Source of the DNA: Bradymonadia bacterium
Lineage (GTDB): Bacteria > Myxococcota_A > Bradymonadia > UBA7976 > UBA1532
Direction of reading: 5' to 3'
NCBI GenBank assembly: GCA_046290225.1
Contig: JBKAGE010000009.1
Coordinates: 1-53,935 of the forward strand
Length of the DNA: 53,935 bases
Shown here: positions 32,256 through 42,828 of the stretch, one piece after another
Layout of the letters: each line of letters starts with the position of its first letter
Position numbering within the stretch: position 1 is the stretch's first letter
Program-made: the position numbers and the translations under genes
Notes under the pieces: generated by a model
Told to the model about the DNA's origin: nothing
Databases searched by the model: none
What the model saw: only the letters and a program-made list of their open reading frames with translations

Positions 32256-32385
32256 CAGACCTCTCCTTCTGATTCTTCTACTTCAGTGCGATGTTCGGAT
32301 GGGCGTATCAGCCGGTACGCCTATGGGGAGAGGGCATTATCACATTCGCAGATGACTGACGATAAATTATCGGGGCCGCTGGAGA

Positions 32386-33759
32386 TCAGCTCGAAGGGGT
32401 CCGCATCGTCACGAATTCTTCCGCGGCGGTGGGGTGAATGCCCACAGTAGCGTCGAACTGCGCCTTGGTGGCGCCGCATTTGAGGGCGATGCCCACGCCT
32501 TGAATGATCTCGGGGGCGTCGGCGCCGGCCATGTGAGCCCCCACCACCCGATCCGTGGCAGCGTCGACGATGAGCTTCATGAAGGTGCGCTCCGTGCTCC
32601 CTGAGAGGGTGTGCTTCATGGGGCGGAACTCGCTGGTGTAGATCGTGACGTCGTCGAGGGCGCTACGGGCCTGGGCTTCAGTGAGGCCCACCGTGGCCAT
32701 GGGGGGCTGAGTGAAGACGGCGGTGGGGATGTCGGCATAGTCCATCACCCGGCTGCCGTCGCCGAAGAGCTGGTTCACCAGGACCATGGCCTCTTCGATG
32801 GCCACCGGGGTGAGGTTCACACGATCGGTGACGTCGCCGAGGGCGTAAATCGAGGGCACCGAGGACTGGTAGTTGTCGTTCACCACGATGGCCCCGTTGG
32901 GCTTCATCTCGACACCGATCTCTTCGAGGCCGAGACCCTTGACGTTGGGCTTGCGGCCGATGGCGTAGAGCACTGCGTCGGCGGGGAGGGCGTCGCCGTC
33001 GGAGAGGGTGCACAGCAAACCGTCGTCGGTGCGATCGACGCACTCGATGATCTGGTTGAAGTGGATGTTGATGCCCTTCTTGCGCATCTCTTCGGTGACA
33101 AAGCTGCGCAGATCATCATCGAAGCCCCGAAGCAGGTGTGCCCCACGGTAGATGAGGTCGACCTGAGCCCCGAGGCCGTTGAACACGCCGGCGAACTCAA
33201 CAGCGATGTAGCCACCACCGGCGATAACGATGCGCTCGGGCATCTGCTCGAGGGTGAAGACGTCGTCGCTCACCATGCCGTGCTCGCGGGCGCCAGGCTC
33301 AGATGTCGTCGAGGGGCTGCCTCCAGTGGCTACGAGAATATGTTTCGCGGTGTAGCGCTTGGGCCCCTCGTCGGTGGCCACCTCCACTGTGTGGGCGTCG
33401 ATGATTTTGGCCCAGCCGTGGATGATCTGAACCCCGGCGCCTTTGAGGATGCGCTCGTAGATGCCGTTGAGGCGGGCGATCTCTTTGTCTTTGTTGGCGA
33501 TGAGGGTGGGCCAGTCGAAGGTGGGCTTGCCCTCGAGGGTCCAGCCGAAGCCCGCGGCCTCTTCGAAGGCCTCGTGGTAGTGGCTCGCATAGACCATGAG
33601 CTTCTTGGGCACGCAGCCCACGTTGACGCAGGTGCCTCCGAGGCGCTGACCTTCTGCGACGGCGACGCGGGCCCCCGTCGCTGCGGCCATGCGGCTCGCC
33701 CGAACCCCGCCGGAGCCGGCGCCGAGGGTGAAGAGGTCGAAGTCGTACTGCTCGCTCAT
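32386..33759 (-). CDS. gor: Glutathione-disulfide reductase
   Basis: GAGSGGVRASR, GGTCVNVGCVPKK, GGGYIAVEFA and GIHPTAAEEFVTM motifs. Confidence 0.93.
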   Translation of the reverse strand: MSEQYDFDLFTLGAGSGGVRASRMAAATGARVAVAEGQRLGGTCVNVGCVPKKLMVYASHYHEAFEEAAGFGWTLEGKPTFDWPTLIANKDKEIARLNGIYERILKGAGVQIIHGWAKIIDAHTVEVATDEGPKRYTAKHILVATGGSPSTTSEPGAREHGMVSDDVFTLEQMPERIVIAGGGYIAVEFAGVFNGLGAQVDLIYRGAHLLRGFDDDLRSFVTEEMRKKGINIHFNQIIECVDRTDDGLLCTLSDGDALPADAVLYAIGRKPNVKGLGLEEIGVEMKPNGAIVVNDNYQSSVPSIYALGDVTDRVNLTPVAIEEAMVLVNQLFGDGSRVMDYADIPTAVFTQPPMATVGLTEAQARSALDDVTIYTSEFRPMKHTLSGSTERTFMKLIVDAATDRVVGAHMAGADAPEIIQGVGIALKCGATKAQFDATVGIHPTAAEEFVTMRTPSS

Positions 33760-33826
33760 GATGCTTCCTTCAATGATGTGCCGAGGGGAGGATGCGTCAG
33801 GGTGGGGGGAAGGTCCAGGCTGGGGA

Positions 33827-34939
33827 TCACTCGAGATCCCGGGCCACGCGAAAGCCAGTGAGCCACGAGGGGAGCCGCTGCAGACCAAAGCCACGTCGGT
33901 GGGTTTGCAACTCGCCCAGTTGAGACAGCAGGTGGCCCCCACGAATGGCGCGTCCTTCCAAGTGATCCGGGCTCGGTTGCGACCGAGCGCTCTGATCTGC
34001 TGGGGCATCCATGTAGCTGTCGTGCCAATAATCGGCGATCCACTCCTCGACGTTGCCTGCCATGTCGCACACCCCTTGAAGCGTATTGCCGTCGGGCAGG
34101 CTGCATACAGGCGCCGTGATGCCCGTGTTACAGCCGGGTTGCTCGACGAATATGCCGTCCTCGGTCAGGAAGCTGGTGCCGATGTGAGCCAGCTCACACG
34201 TGGGCTCGGCGATGCCCCACGGGTAGAGCGGGTCGAAGGGTATGCCTTGCCCCTTGGCGACATACTCCCACTCCACCTCGCTGGGCAGGCGGCCGCCCAC
34301 CCACTCGGCGAAGTCCACGGCCTGGGACCATGTGACGCCGTTGATGGGGTGTTGCTCGCGGCCTTCCGTACCCCAGTTGAAGAGTTCACCGTCGGCAATC
34401 GGCGGGTCACAGGCGTTGGCTTCTACGCAGGCTGCATATTGCTCGACGGTGACTTCGGTGCGGCTCATCTCGAAGGGTTCGACGTTGATGAAGCGCAGTG
34501 GGCGCTCGTTCGGGACCTCTGCTTCCGTATTGCCCATGGTGAAACCATCTCCTGGAAGCACCACCCAGGCGATGAGCGCCGCAGGATCTATGGGCTCGGC
34601 ATCTGGCAACATGGCATCTGGAAGTGCTGCATCCTCGAGTTCTGCATCTGCCGGCTCTACAAGAGCGTCGCTGGGGGGCTGCTGCCCGGCATCGGACTCA
34701 CCAGGGGCCATGTCGAGCAGTCCGCCATCTGAAGCGAGCGACATGTCGGAGAGTGACGCCATGTCAGGCGTCGTCGCAGCGTCAGCACGCCCGGTATCAG
34801 TTTGTTCAGCGTCAGGGCCCGTATCGGTGGACGATGGAAAAGTTGGCGGCTCTGGATCGAGGCAGCCCGCGAGCATCAAGAGCCCGACTGTGAATGTGAG
34901 AGGTGTCGTGCGAACACCTCTGAGCGTGCGATCCCACAT
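33827..34939 (-). CDS. Lipoprotein with formylglycine-generating enzyme (SUMF1/EgtB/PvdO-like) domain
   Basis: LAGC lipobox; FTMG, TEVTVEQY, RLPSEVEWEY, DMAGNVEEW and GFRVAR motifs. Confidence 0.9.
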   Translation of the reverse strand: MWDRTLRGVRTTPLTFTVGLLMLAGCLDPEPPTFPSSTDTGPDAEQTDTGRADAATTPDMASLSDMSLASDGGLLDMAPGESDAGQQPPSDALVEPADAELEDAALPDAMLPDAEPIDPAALIAWVVLPGDGFTMGNTEAEVPNERPLRFINVEPFEMSRTEVTVEQYAACVEANACDPPIADGELFNWGTEGREQHPINGVTWSQAVDFAEWVGGRLPSEVEWEYVAKGQGIPFDPLYPWGIAEPTCELAHIGTSFLTEDGIFVEQPGCNTGITAPVCSLPDGNTLQGVCDMAGNVEEWIADYWHDSYMDAPADQSARSQPSPDHLEGRAIRGGHLLSQLGELQTHRRGFGLQRLPSWLTGFRVARDLE

Positions 34940-35102
34940 CGGGTGTCACTCCTTGGCGGCGCTCAGTATATGCACATGGGTTCGGGTTGTTCCCGCTCAA
35001 TGTGCACCGAGCTGTTGCCGATGTGGGCCATACGTTGCAGTCTCCCCGTGTCCGCCGGGCTGATCATGCAGGCCCGGGGAGAGCAGGAGGAGCGAGCCCG
35101 TC

Positions 35103-36809
35103 ATGCGCCAGCGATTGATCCAGGTGGAACACGGCCCCAAGGGGTCGCTGCAGATGGAAGGGGCCAGCGCCCGACGCCACGGCGGGATACACCTCTTGCA
35201 CTTAAGCGGGGGTCCGTACGATCGGGCATTTCAACATGGCACCCTGCTGCGGCGTCAGATCCCCGAGGGCCCTCTGCCCCTGTTCAACCGCTATCTTGAG
35301 ATCTTCCTGAAGCAGTCCCGAGCCCGGACCATGGCGCCGGTGATCCTCGAATGGCTCCAGCGCCGCGTGATCCCCCGCATCGAGGGGCAGTTCTCGCCTC
35401 GGCTGCGGGCGTCGATTGCCGGGATGGCCGACGGATCGGGTGTGCCCGAGTCCGAGGTTTCTGCTGCGTACGCCATGCCTGAGGCCATGCTGGCCCTGGT
35501 GGCCCGCTACGGCCGCATCACCGGCAAGTCCATCGCGCTGCCGCCGATCTATGGCTGCACCACTGCCATCGCCGGCCCGACGAAGACGGTGCGCAAGCAG
35601 TTGTTGCATGCCAGAAACTTCGACTTCTTCGGTATGGATCGCTGGTCGGCGCACCCGGTGGTGGCGTTCCACACCCCGGAAGAGGGCTTGCGGCATGTGT
35701 CGGTGACATCAGCGGGCATTGTCGGTGGCGGCATCACGGCGATGAACGAGAAGGGCGTGGTGTGCACCGTGCATCAGCACTTCCCTCGTGAGTTGAACTT
35801 CGATGGCCTCTCTGTGGGTGAGCCTGCAGAAGAGGTGGTGCGCCTGGCCAATTCGGTGGAAGAAGCTGTGGCGGTGCTCGACCAGCACCAGACCATCGGC
35901 ACCTGGACCTACCTGATCTCCGATCGCAACGGCGCCGTGGCCTACGAAATGTCGGCCATGGGGCGTCGTGTGGTCCCCATGACCGATGATCTGCTCGGCT
36001 ACGCCAATGTGATGATGCACCCCGATCTGCACACCGCGGAGCTGGAGTTCTACACCCCATATGTGCGAGCGAATCACGCCCGCCTGGTCCGCGTGCAGCA
36101 ACTGCTTCGCAGCCGTGAGAAGCACGATGAAGGTGGCATGGTGGAGATCTTGTCGGACCGCTACGACGAGGTCTCTGGTGGCAACGTGGCCTTCGGCCCC
36201 ACCATCGCCTCGGTGCTCGCCGCGGCGAGCGTGGTGTTCCGCCCCGCAGACTGCCGCCTCTGGGTGAGCAGCGGGGCTGCGCCGACCTGTTATGGCCCCT
36301 ATGTGGGCTTCGATCTCAAGCAGCAGGGGCCCAGCGGCAAACCCAAGCGCTTCAACGGCCCGCTCGAACGAGACGATCCGGCGCTCCGGGCCATCCGGCT
36401 GTATGCCGAGGGGGCGGGTGCGGCTCTCACGCTCGACGACGTGGCCCAGGCGTCGGCTCTGATAGAGCAGGCGGTCGAACTGCAGCCCGAGTCGCCGATG
36501 TACCGACTCGTGGCGGCCATGTTGAGGGTGAAGCTGAACCACGGTGAGGCTGCCCAGGCCCACGTGAAGACGGCGCTCTCGCTCACCTCTCGCCCCGATG
36601 TCACCGCGAGGCTCCAGCTGACGTTGGGATGGGCTCTCGATCTTCAGGGGGAGCGCCGAGAGGCGAAGGCGGCCTATGCCGAGGCGCTGGCTCTCGAGGC
36701 CCGAGATGCTGATCTGCGGCACTGGGCCAGGTCAGGGCGTCTGCGGGCGATGACTGCGCGCCGGGCGGCGCATTTGCCCATCGAGTTCGTGTACGGCGGG
36801 GTGGCGTAG
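35103..36809 (+). CDS. C45-family Ntn hydrolase/acyltransferase with C-terminal TPRs
   Basis: G-CTT autoprocessing site, HARNFDF and AMNEKGV; TPR-like helices at the C-terminus. Confidence 0.85.
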   Translation: MRQRLIQVEHGPKGSLQMEGASARRHGGIHLLHLSGGPYDRAFQHGTLLRRQIPEGPLPLFNRYLEIFLKQSRARTMAPVILEWLQRRVIPRIEGQFSPRLRASIAGMADGSGVPESEVSAAYAMPEAMLALVARYGRITGKSIALPPIYGCTTAIAGPTKTVRKQLLHARNFDFFGMDRWSAHPVVAFHTPEEGLRHVSVTSAGIVGGGITAMNEKGVVCTVHQHFPRELNFDGLSVGEPAEEVVRLANSVEEAVAVLDQHQTIGTWTYLISDRNGAVAYEMSAMGRRVVPMTDDLLGYANVMMHPDLHTAELEFYTPYVRANHARLVRVQQLLRSREKHDEGGMVEILSDRYDEVSGGNVAFGPTIASVLAAASVVFRPADCRLWVSSGAAPTCYGPYVGFDLKQQGPSGKPKRFNGPLERDDPALRAIRLYAEGAGAALTLDDVAQASALIEQAVELQPESPMYRLVAAMLRVKLNHGEAAQAHVKTALSLTSRPDVTARLQLTLGWALDLQGERREAKAAYAEALALEARDADLRHWARSGRLRAMTARRAAHLPIEFVYGGVA

Positions 36810-36812
36810 GGA

Positions 36813-37206
36813 GCGGACGGCCGCCCTTCGGGCCGCCTGTAGCGGACGGTCATCGCCTTACGGCGACAGCCTGTAGCGGACGCCTGCTTCGGCTTCGCCT
36901 TGCAGAGCTGTAGCGGACGCCGAGTCTGCCTCCGGCAGCCTGAGCTGTAGCTTTTTAGAGAGTTATGGTGTGTCTGGTGGGCTTCTCAACCCAGATTGGG
37001 GCTTACGCCGGAACTGGTGCGTCATTGGGCCACAACGTTCGCGGTAGATGAGTCAACGCCCCCAAACTGATCTTCAAAAAGCTACAGGGAATTTGCCGTA
37101 GGCAAATGAGCGTCCGCTACAGCTCTCGCCGAAGGCGAGGCGTCCGCTACAGACGGCGCGTAACGCGGTCGTCCGCTACAGGCGGTGCGCAAGCACGGCC
37201 GTCCGC
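36813..37206. repeat. Palindromic intergenic element, family B copy 2
   Basis: CTGTAGCGGACG at 36837, 36871, 36908; inverse copies at 37111, 37141, 37170; fills almost the whole gap between two convergent stop codons. Confidence 0.93.
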
Positions 37207-38145
37207 TCAGTACGTCGGCTCGACGTAACCCTCACCGAATTTGCTCTTCCCTTCCGCCTCGTCTGCTGCGGCGGCCGCGTCAGCCTGTGACTTGGTGATC
37301 CAGGCGGCGCTCGCTGCCGGGGCCAGTGCCACGAGAGAGGTCACCGCCACCGCTGGCAGCGTCTTGGGCACCAGGGTGGCCACTGCCGCGGCCAGGGGCG
37401 CCGTGCTCAACAAGATCATGCTGGTCACCGGCAGGCCCGGATAGGCGTAGTGGTGGGCGTAGACCAGTACCCCGATGTAGCCCGTGAGCAGCACCGCCAC
37501 TCCACTGTGGCCGGCCTTCAGGTGAGGCCATCGCCAGCTGATGAGGGCCGCCATGCCGGACGCTGCGGCGAGGGCGCCGAGCAGCTGCGCCAGCTTGGCG
37601 CTCGAGCCCAGCAGGGCGGTGACTGCGGCGCCGATGCTCGCCACGCAGATGGCGGCGAAGATGGCCGGAGAGGCCGCCCGGACCTGCGCGCGATCCACCC
37701 CGAGCCAGAGCAGCAACGCCAGGCCTGCAGGCGCACCGACGTGCAGCAGCAAATCACTGGCCGTGGTCCATGTCTGCTCGATGCTCGTGGCCAGGGTCAG
37801 ATAGATGATCGCCCCAAGGCCGATGGCGATGGCCGGCATCACCCGAGCGATCCCTTGAGATTCCTCGCCGCGATCGAGGGCGGCGAAGAGCCCGAAGATG
37901 CCCAGCAGCAAGAAGGGCAGCCAGGCGCCACCATCCGTGATGGGCCAGTCGGGCAGCCCACCGGTGATGCCGAAGTAAGATCCGGCCATGCCCAGGGCGA
38001 TGCCCGCGGCGAGAGGCCAGCGCCGAGCGCGGGACCCCCGACCGCCGGTGAAGTGGCCCACGAGGGCGAACACGATCACAGAGAAGGCGGGCAGGATCGC
38101 AGTGAAGATCGCGCCCTTGATTTGCAGCGAGGTGGTGGCATCCAT
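37207..38145 (-). CDS. Hypothetical integral membrane protein
   Basis: Many hydrophobic helices; RBS GAGGAG. Confidence 0.75.
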   Translation of the reverse strand: MDATTSLQIKGAIFTAILPAFSVIVFALVGHFTGGRGSRARRWPLAAGIALGMAGSYFGITGGLPDWPITDGGAWLPFLLLGIFGLFAALDRGEESQGIARVMPAIAIGLGAIIYLTLATSIEQTWTTASDLLLHVGAPAGLALLLWLGVDRAQVRAASPAIFAAICVASIGAAVTALLGSSAKLAQLLGALAAASGMAALISWRWPHLKAGHSGVAVLLTGYIGVLVYAHHYAYPGLPVTSMILLSTAPLAAAVATLVPKTLPAVAVTSLVALAPAASAAWITKSQADAAAAADEAEGKSKFGEGYVEPTY

Positions 38146-38222
38146 CGGGGAACTCCTCGAAATGTGGGTGTGCGATCAGAGGGTGGGGCGTGGAGGAAGG
38201 AAGAAGTCAGTCTCGAAGAGGC

Positions 38223-38789
38223 TTACTTCTTCTTGATGCCCTCGAGGGCCAGGGTGATCTTCACGTCGTGGCCCAGGCCGTCGGGCATGTACTTCACGCC
38301 GTAATCCATGCGGTTGATGCTGAAGCTGGTCTCGAAGCCGGTGCGGTGGTTGCCCCAGGGGTCATCGCCCTCGCCGGTCTTCTTCACGTCGATGGTGATG
38401 TCCTTGGTCACCCCGCGGATCGTGAGCTTGCCTTCGACCTTGAACATGTCGTTGGCGCCGGGCGTGACCTTGGTGCTCTTGAAGGTCATCTTGGGGAACT
38501 GCTTCACGTTGAAGAAGTCGGGGCCCCGCAGGTGATCGTCCCGCTTCTTGTTGTTGCTGTCGATGCTGGCGACGTCGATCTCGATGTTGATGCTGCTGTT
38601 GGCGCCGTCGAGGTTGTACTCACCCTTGATGGCGTTGAAGCGGCCATGGGTATCGGCGATGCCGAGGTGTTTGACGGCGAAGTTCGCCGCGGCGTGGGTG
38701 TCGTCGATGGCGTAGGTGTCCGCCTGAGCCTGGCTGGCGAAGAGCGCGGTGAGGGCGAAGAGGCCAGCGGTGAAGGTCTTGAGGGACAT
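38223..38789 (-). CDS. YceI family periplasmic protein
   Basis: Signal peptide; YAIDDTH, HLG...GRF, RDDHLRGPDFFNV, LTIRGVTK and INRMDYG motifs. Confidence 0.93.
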   Translation of the reverse strand: MSLKTFTAGLFALTALFASQAQADTYAIDDTHAAANFAVKHLGIADTHGRFNAIKGEYNLDGANSSINIEIDVASIDSNNKKRDDHLRGPDFFNVKQFPKMTFKSTKVTPGANDMFKVEGKLTIRGVTKDITIDVKKTGEGDDPWGNHRTGFETSFSINRMDYGVKYMPDGLGHDVKITLALEGIKKK

Positions 38790-38971
38790 CTTGGTACTCC
38801 TGTGCAGGAATCTGTTGCGTATGCAAATGGGTGCGGCACGCATTCGAATAAGCTCGTCGGTGCTGCGGAAAGGATGATGCTCACCCTGTGCAGATGTTGC
38901 GAGCGCTCAAATGAAACACTGTGTTTCGCTGGTGAAGGAATGCGTCGAAATATGGTGTGTCGGTGGGGGGC

Positions 38972-40573
38972 TTACCAGGGATCTGGCAAGTGCACCGAGC
39001 CTTGGGTCTCGAAGTGGAATCCCAGGCTGAGCTCCTTGGCGCGCCCCGGGTGCAGAGTGACTGGCAGGATCACCAGACCATCGACATCAGGTCGGGGATC
39101 ACCCTCAGAGCAGTACTGGCTCGAGGGCACCACCTTCACTTGCTTCAGCTCGCTCACGGGCATGCGCAGGGCGAGGTGGACCGTCTCGGGGCCTTCGCCA
39201 GTGCTCGCCAGCTCGACCTCGTGCACGAAGTGGGTGCGATCCCGGCCGAGCATGCGATCTTCCACCCGACGCCGGCGGCGATGGCGCACGACGAAGCGAT
39301 CATCGCTGCCAAATGACAGCTCGAAGGCTTCGCCGCCGCCGATGTACAGCAGATCGCCCGTGCCCACGTATGCGCCGTCTCGAAGCAGGGTCACGGGACC
39401 TGCGAGCAGAGGGGTGCTCATGGGGTTGTGCATGCTCGCCCGCAGGTAGACGTGGGTGCTGGCTTCCGGGCGCACCACCAGATCGAGCTCAGCGGCTTCG
39501 GTGAACTGCCCGACCGCCACGCGATGAGGGCGCCCGTCGCTGGGGATGCTCACTGGCCCCGAAGGCCGAAGCACTCTGATCTCACCACCATCGTCTACCC
39601 CAGGGACCGTGGCGCCGGCGTCGTCACGGCTGATGGCTTCGGTGCGATGGGTCACGCTGATGGTGCGCTGCTCCTCCGGGGTCTTCGCCCGCAGATAGAG
39701 TCGATCTTCGGAGAGATCGGGCAGGCGGGCGCCAGCGCCGGGGCGGGCTGTGCTCAACACCAGCTCGACATCGGACCAGTCTTCGCCCGTGCGTTGCCAC
39801 ACCGTGGCGAAGATCTGCCATGCGATCCGCGGGCCCTCGTCGCCCTCTTCGAGGTGAGCCTCGTGGGCAGGGCGCCACAGGGCGCAGGGCGTCACCGCCG
39901 ACAGCTTCAAGGGGATCTCGCCCCCATCACCTGTGACCTGCAGCGTCACGTCGGCCACCATGACCTGCTCAGTCTGGCGTCGGCCGTCCACCAGGTCTCG
40001 AAGCTGCTCCAACGACTCCTCAGCGTGCCACTGGGCTTCACGGCAGGTGTGCAGGCGGGCGTCGGCGGACTTCAAAGCTTCGGTGAGGCGGTCCACAGCG
40101 GCGGACCATTGCTCAGGATCCCCCTGGTCCGTCCAGAGGGCGCGGCCCACCTGGCCGGTATAGCGATTGAGCAGCGCCGCCGTGGCTTTGCGTTGCTGCA
40201 GCGCCCGGGTGTACCGCTGGCGGGCGGTCTCTAGATCCTGCTCCGCCGCTTTGATCTGAGCGGCGAGCCCCTTGAGCCGGGCAGGGGTGTCCTCCGCTGG
40301 ATCCTCTGCCTCGACGTCGACCCAGCGACGCTCGATGTGGATGTCCTCCACATGGGCTGCCACCCCTTGGGGGGGCTCGAACCAGGCTGAGACGAGGCGA
40401 TCGACGATCAAGGGCGAGAGGCCTTCGATCTTCACCTGTGTCGGGCCCTTGGGGAGCGAGAGCGAGGCGCTTCGAAGCACTTCGCCGCGATCTTCGAAGA
40501 GGGTGATCCGGGCGATGGGCAGATCGGCCGGGCCCAACGAAAGATGACTCTGTGAAATCACGCGCTCACTCAC
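38972..40573 (-). CDS. DUF4140/DUF4139 (MuiA-like) protein
   Basis: IARITLFEDRGEV, coiled coil, WRPAH, QRTGEDWSDVELVLSTARP, IPSDG; GTG start overlaps the upstream stop. Confidence 0.88.
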   Translation of the reverse strand: MSERVISQSHLSLGPADLPIARITLFEDRGEVLRSASLSLPKGPTQVKIEGLSPLIVDRLVSAWFEPPQGVAAHVEDIHIERRWVDVEAEDPAEDTPARLKGLAAQIKAAEQDLETARQRYTRALQQRKATAALLNRYTGQVGRALWTDQGDPEQWSAAVDRLTEALKSADARLHTCREAQWHAEESLEQLRDLVDGRRQTEQVMVADVTLQVTGDGGEIPLKLSAVTPCALWRPAHEAHLEEGDEGPRIAWQIFATVWQRTGEDWSDVELVLSTARPGAGARLPDLSEDRLYLRAKTPEEQRTISVTHRTEAISRDDAGATVPGVDDGGEIRVLRPSGPVSIPSDGRPHRVAVGQFTEAAELDLVVRPEASTHVYLRASMHNPMSTPLLAGPVTLLRDGAYVGTGDLLYIGGGEAFELSFGSDDRFVVRHRRRRRVEDRMLGRDRTHFVHEVELASTGEGPETVHLALRMPVSELKQVKVVPSSQYCSEGDPRPDVDGLVILPVTLHPGRAKELSLGFHFETQGSVHLPDPW

Positions 40574-42680
40574 GGCGGTTGCCTCCCTGAACCTCCGTCC
40601 GAGCGGGGAGGGTGATGGCGTAGTCATAGGCGATGTCGGTGGCGCCATGAGCAGGCACTGACACACGCCAGTGCAGCCCGCCTTCCAAAGCGTCACCGCG
40701 AGGATCGCGATCGTCGCACATGGGGGTGGGGGTGCTGCTCACCAGCTCGACGTGCAGATCCTTCGTGTTGGCATCGGCGACGGGAAGCCGGTCGTAGACC
40801 ACCACCTCGATGGGGGTGTCGAGGGCAGAGCGCACTGTGAGCACCACATGATGATCGACCCGGGTGGTCTGGCTCATCAGCCCCTTGTCGGACTGTTGGG
40901 TGTCCACCCGTCGGGCCACGACGCGCACATCGGGCTCGAGCCCCAGGCTCAAGGCCAGCTCCGCCCCGCCTCCGGTGCCTCTTAAACGGGCGGCGGTCCG
41001 GAACGTGCCGTCCACCGTCACGTGGAGCGGCCCCTCGGGCAGTGGGATCTGCTCCGGGGTCGTCAGGCGACAGAACGTGAAGACGTCGTTGCTCTCTCGG
41101 GGCACGGTACGGCACTCCAGGCGGGCATCGCCCTCCTGGCGGTGTACGCCCACACGATGGAACGCCCCGTCGGCGGGGACCTCGTGCTGACCCTGAGCGG
41201 GGTAGGTGTGCTGAAAGTGGAATCGGCCGAGATCTGAAGTGCCGGGCGGGAGCGGCGCGTGTCGAAGGCGCGCAGCTCGCTGCTCCAGAGCATCCATGGC
41301 TCGGCGCAGAAGCTCTGGATCAGAGACCGATTGCCCCTCGAGGAGCGCCCAGAGGTGCTCGAAGGGGTTCATGGGCTGCAGCGTGCCCCTCAGCGGCTCG
41401 TCGGCACCGGCGAGCCGCATCCAGGCATATCGCAAGCGAGGGGGCAGCGAGGAAGATGGATCAGGCGGTCCGCCGCCGTAGACCTGCTCTTGGAGCACAG
41501 GCGCGCCGCCTCCACCCGAGCCAAAGCTGGGGACCATGCCTCTGCTCTTTTTGGCCATGGGTGCGCGCACCACCGTGTCGTCCATGTCGAGCATGGGGGC
41601 CATGGCCGCCTGCGCTGGGGGTGGTCCGCCAGGGGGGGGCATGGCGGAGGGCACTGTGTCGCGATCGCGCCTCAATTCCAGAGAAGACATCACCATCGTG
41701 GCGCCTTCTGTACGATCTGTGTGGCCTCCGTCATCCTCATCGGCGGGGGCCGGGCTACGCTCTCCAGGAACGAGGAGTGCCGAGATCAGGGGCGAGGGTG
41801 GTGGCTTCTGGTCCACCGCCTCGTGGTAGTCCACGAAGAGGGTGGGCAGATCAGTGGGCAAGGGCCGAAAGCCCTTGCTCCTGTTGGGCTGAGCCGCGCC
41901 GATGCGCCATGAATCCAGAGCGGGCAGGGTGGTCTCCCGGCTGAGATCTGCCGTAGAGAACGCCAGCGCCGCAGAGCGCCAGTCCTCCCCGGTGGCCTGG
42001 GCCACCAGAGCAGCGAGGATCAAGCGGGCCCGGCCTTCGGCCAGCTCGAGGCGGTAGGTGGGCACCCAGCGGGCCGCAGCGACGAAGTACTCCACTTCGA
42101 AGTCCACGGGCTGATCCGGGCTGATGTCACCTTCGAGGGTGAACGTCACCCCTCGAGTGAACCGTGGGGGCGTCTGATCGCCCTGGTCTTCCCGGTTGAG
42201 TTGAGCCAGCGCTTCCTCGAGCGCTTCGCGGCGGCGGGTGAGATCTCTGCGGGCCTCGTCGAGGGCGCCGAGTCGTTCTGCAGAGAAGCTCTGGAGCGCC
42301 AGCCAGCGCGTGGGATCAGGCAGCTCCGGGGGCATGCGCTCTGGAGGGGCCGAGGGTGACAACCCCTCGAAGCATTTCGCCATGGCGTCGAGGCTGCGGG
42401 CCTCGTCGGCGATTTGCTCTGCCTCGAGCCCCAATGCCCGACGGCGGGCCTCGGTGCTGGAGACCTGACCCTTGTGACCTTCCACGTGGCAGGTCTCTCT
42501 CAGATGTCGAACCACCCCCTGGGCAGGACGGACCCGCAGGCTCTGTGCAGAGAACAGCAGGGGCAGGCCCCCCACCGACACCTGCGACGAGATCGCCTGA
42601 CCGGTCCGCACCACCAGGGCGCCATTTCGAAACACGGTGACCCGATCGATGCGGGTCTCTACAGGTGTGAAGTCAGCCAT
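40566..42680 (-). CDS. DUF4140/DUF4139 protein
   Basis: [28 protein letters not shown] and VPADG motifs. Confidence 0.88.
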   Translation of the reverse strand: MADFTPVETRIDRVTVFRNGALVVRTGQAISSQVSVGGLPLLFSAQSLRVRPAQGVVRHLRETCHVEGHKGQVSSTEARRRALGLEAEQIADEARSLDAMAKCFEGLSPSAPPERMPPELPDPTRWLALQSFSAERLGALDEARRDLTRRREALEEALAQLNREDQGDQTPPRFTRGVTFTLEGDISPDQPVDFEVEYFVAAARWVPTYRLELAEGRARLILAALVAQATGEDWRSAALAFSTADLSRETTLPALDSWRIGAAQPNRSKGFRPLPTDLPTLFVDYHEAVDQKPPPSPLISALLVPGERSPAPADEDDGGHTDRTEGATMVMSSLELRRDRDTVPSAMPPPGGPPPAQAAMAPMLDMDDTVVRAPMAKKSRGMVPSFGSGGGGAPVLQEQVYGGGPPDPSSSLPPRLRYAWMRLAGADEPLRGTLQPMNPFEHLWALLEGQSVSDPELLRRAMDALEQRAARLRHAPLPPGTSDLGRFHFQHTYPAQGQHEVPADGAFHRVGVHRQEGDARLECRTVPRESNDVFTFCRLTTPEQIPLPEGPLHVTVDGTFRTAARLRGTGGGAELALSLGLEPDVRVVARRVDTQQSDKGLMSQTTRVDHHVVLTVRSALDTPIEVVVYDRLPVADANTKDLHVELVSSTPTPMCDDRDPRGDALEGGLHWRVSVPAHGATDIAYDYAITLPARTEVQGGNRRE

Positions 42681-42828
42681 GAGGTGGAGCGTACTACCAC
42701 CCTTCGGCCAAGAGAAGATCACGCCATGGATCTGCGGCCATCTGGTGTCTGAGGCATCAAAGGGTGTCGTGGCCGGTGTACACGAGTACACTCGCCGCCC
42801 ATCACCGCTCACCGAGGAGATCGAGCAG

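Noticed and set aside
33827..34939. FGE-domain protein as maturase for the two sulfatase-like genes
   Set aside because: It is a distant lipoprotein lacking the catalytic Cys pair region of true FGE, and the sulfatase-like proteins lack the CxPxR target motif
42681..42828. preQ1 riboswitch upstream of queF
   Set aside because: No recognisable preQ1 hairpin plus A-rich tail in the leader
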